Below are positions 33,156 to 33,238 of a stretch of DNA of 33,238 bases, in pieces; within the stretch, counting starts at the first letter, position 1; the number at the start of each line of letters is the position of its first letter. The notes under the pieces are model-generated. The model searched no databases. It had not been told where the DNA came from and worked only from the letters and a program-made list of their open reading frames with translations. A program made the position numbers and the translations under genes. Origin of the DNA: Octopus bimaculoides (taxonomy: Eukaryota); the NCBI RefSeq assembly GCF_001194135.2, contig NC_068981.1, forward strand, positions 167,433,370-167,466,607, read 5' to 3'.

Positions 33156-33238
33156 CAGTAGTTTTACTTTTATAGCGTGCTTTCACTTCATTACCGAGCG
33201 CAACTTTGTGTGCCTTGGGTATGTGCTGTGGTTTGCTG
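33156..33238 (-). mobile_element. 3' end (UTR) of another copy of the same R4/Dong family, continuing beyond the window edge
   Basis: 33156-33226 vs 31648-31718: 64 of 71 positions identical by manual comparison. It runs into (AAT)n 32965-33155. Confidence 0.85.

Overview
This is AT-rich, repeat-saturated eukaryotic non-coding DNA, either intergenic or part of a large intron. It is most likely an Octopus scaffold. That is an inference from the SINE families as I recall them, the extreme microsatellite load and eight N-gaps that each abut a microsatellite or repeat. Nearly all ORFs in the supplied track are microsatellite or N-gap artefacts, and no intact, confidently identifiable host gene is present. 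Supported content: (1) several decayed R4/Dong-type (RLE) LINE pieces, most of them bordered by (AAT)n; (2) a heavily decayed, near-full-length RTE-clade LINE on the minus strand (~19760-22130); (3) the 5' part of a mariner transposon; (4) a short non-autonomous Helitron-like element; (5) many copies of at least three tRNA-type SINE families; (6) several MITE-like or foldback palindromes. The best second-look items are a ~280-bp foldback with a hammerhead-like core, a pile-up of Dong pieces in (AAT)n with scrambled domain order, a pre-miRNA-sized hairpin inside the Helitron, and a possible membrane-protein exon at ~27.9 kb. I found no convincing complete novel system; these are hypotheses with stated tests.
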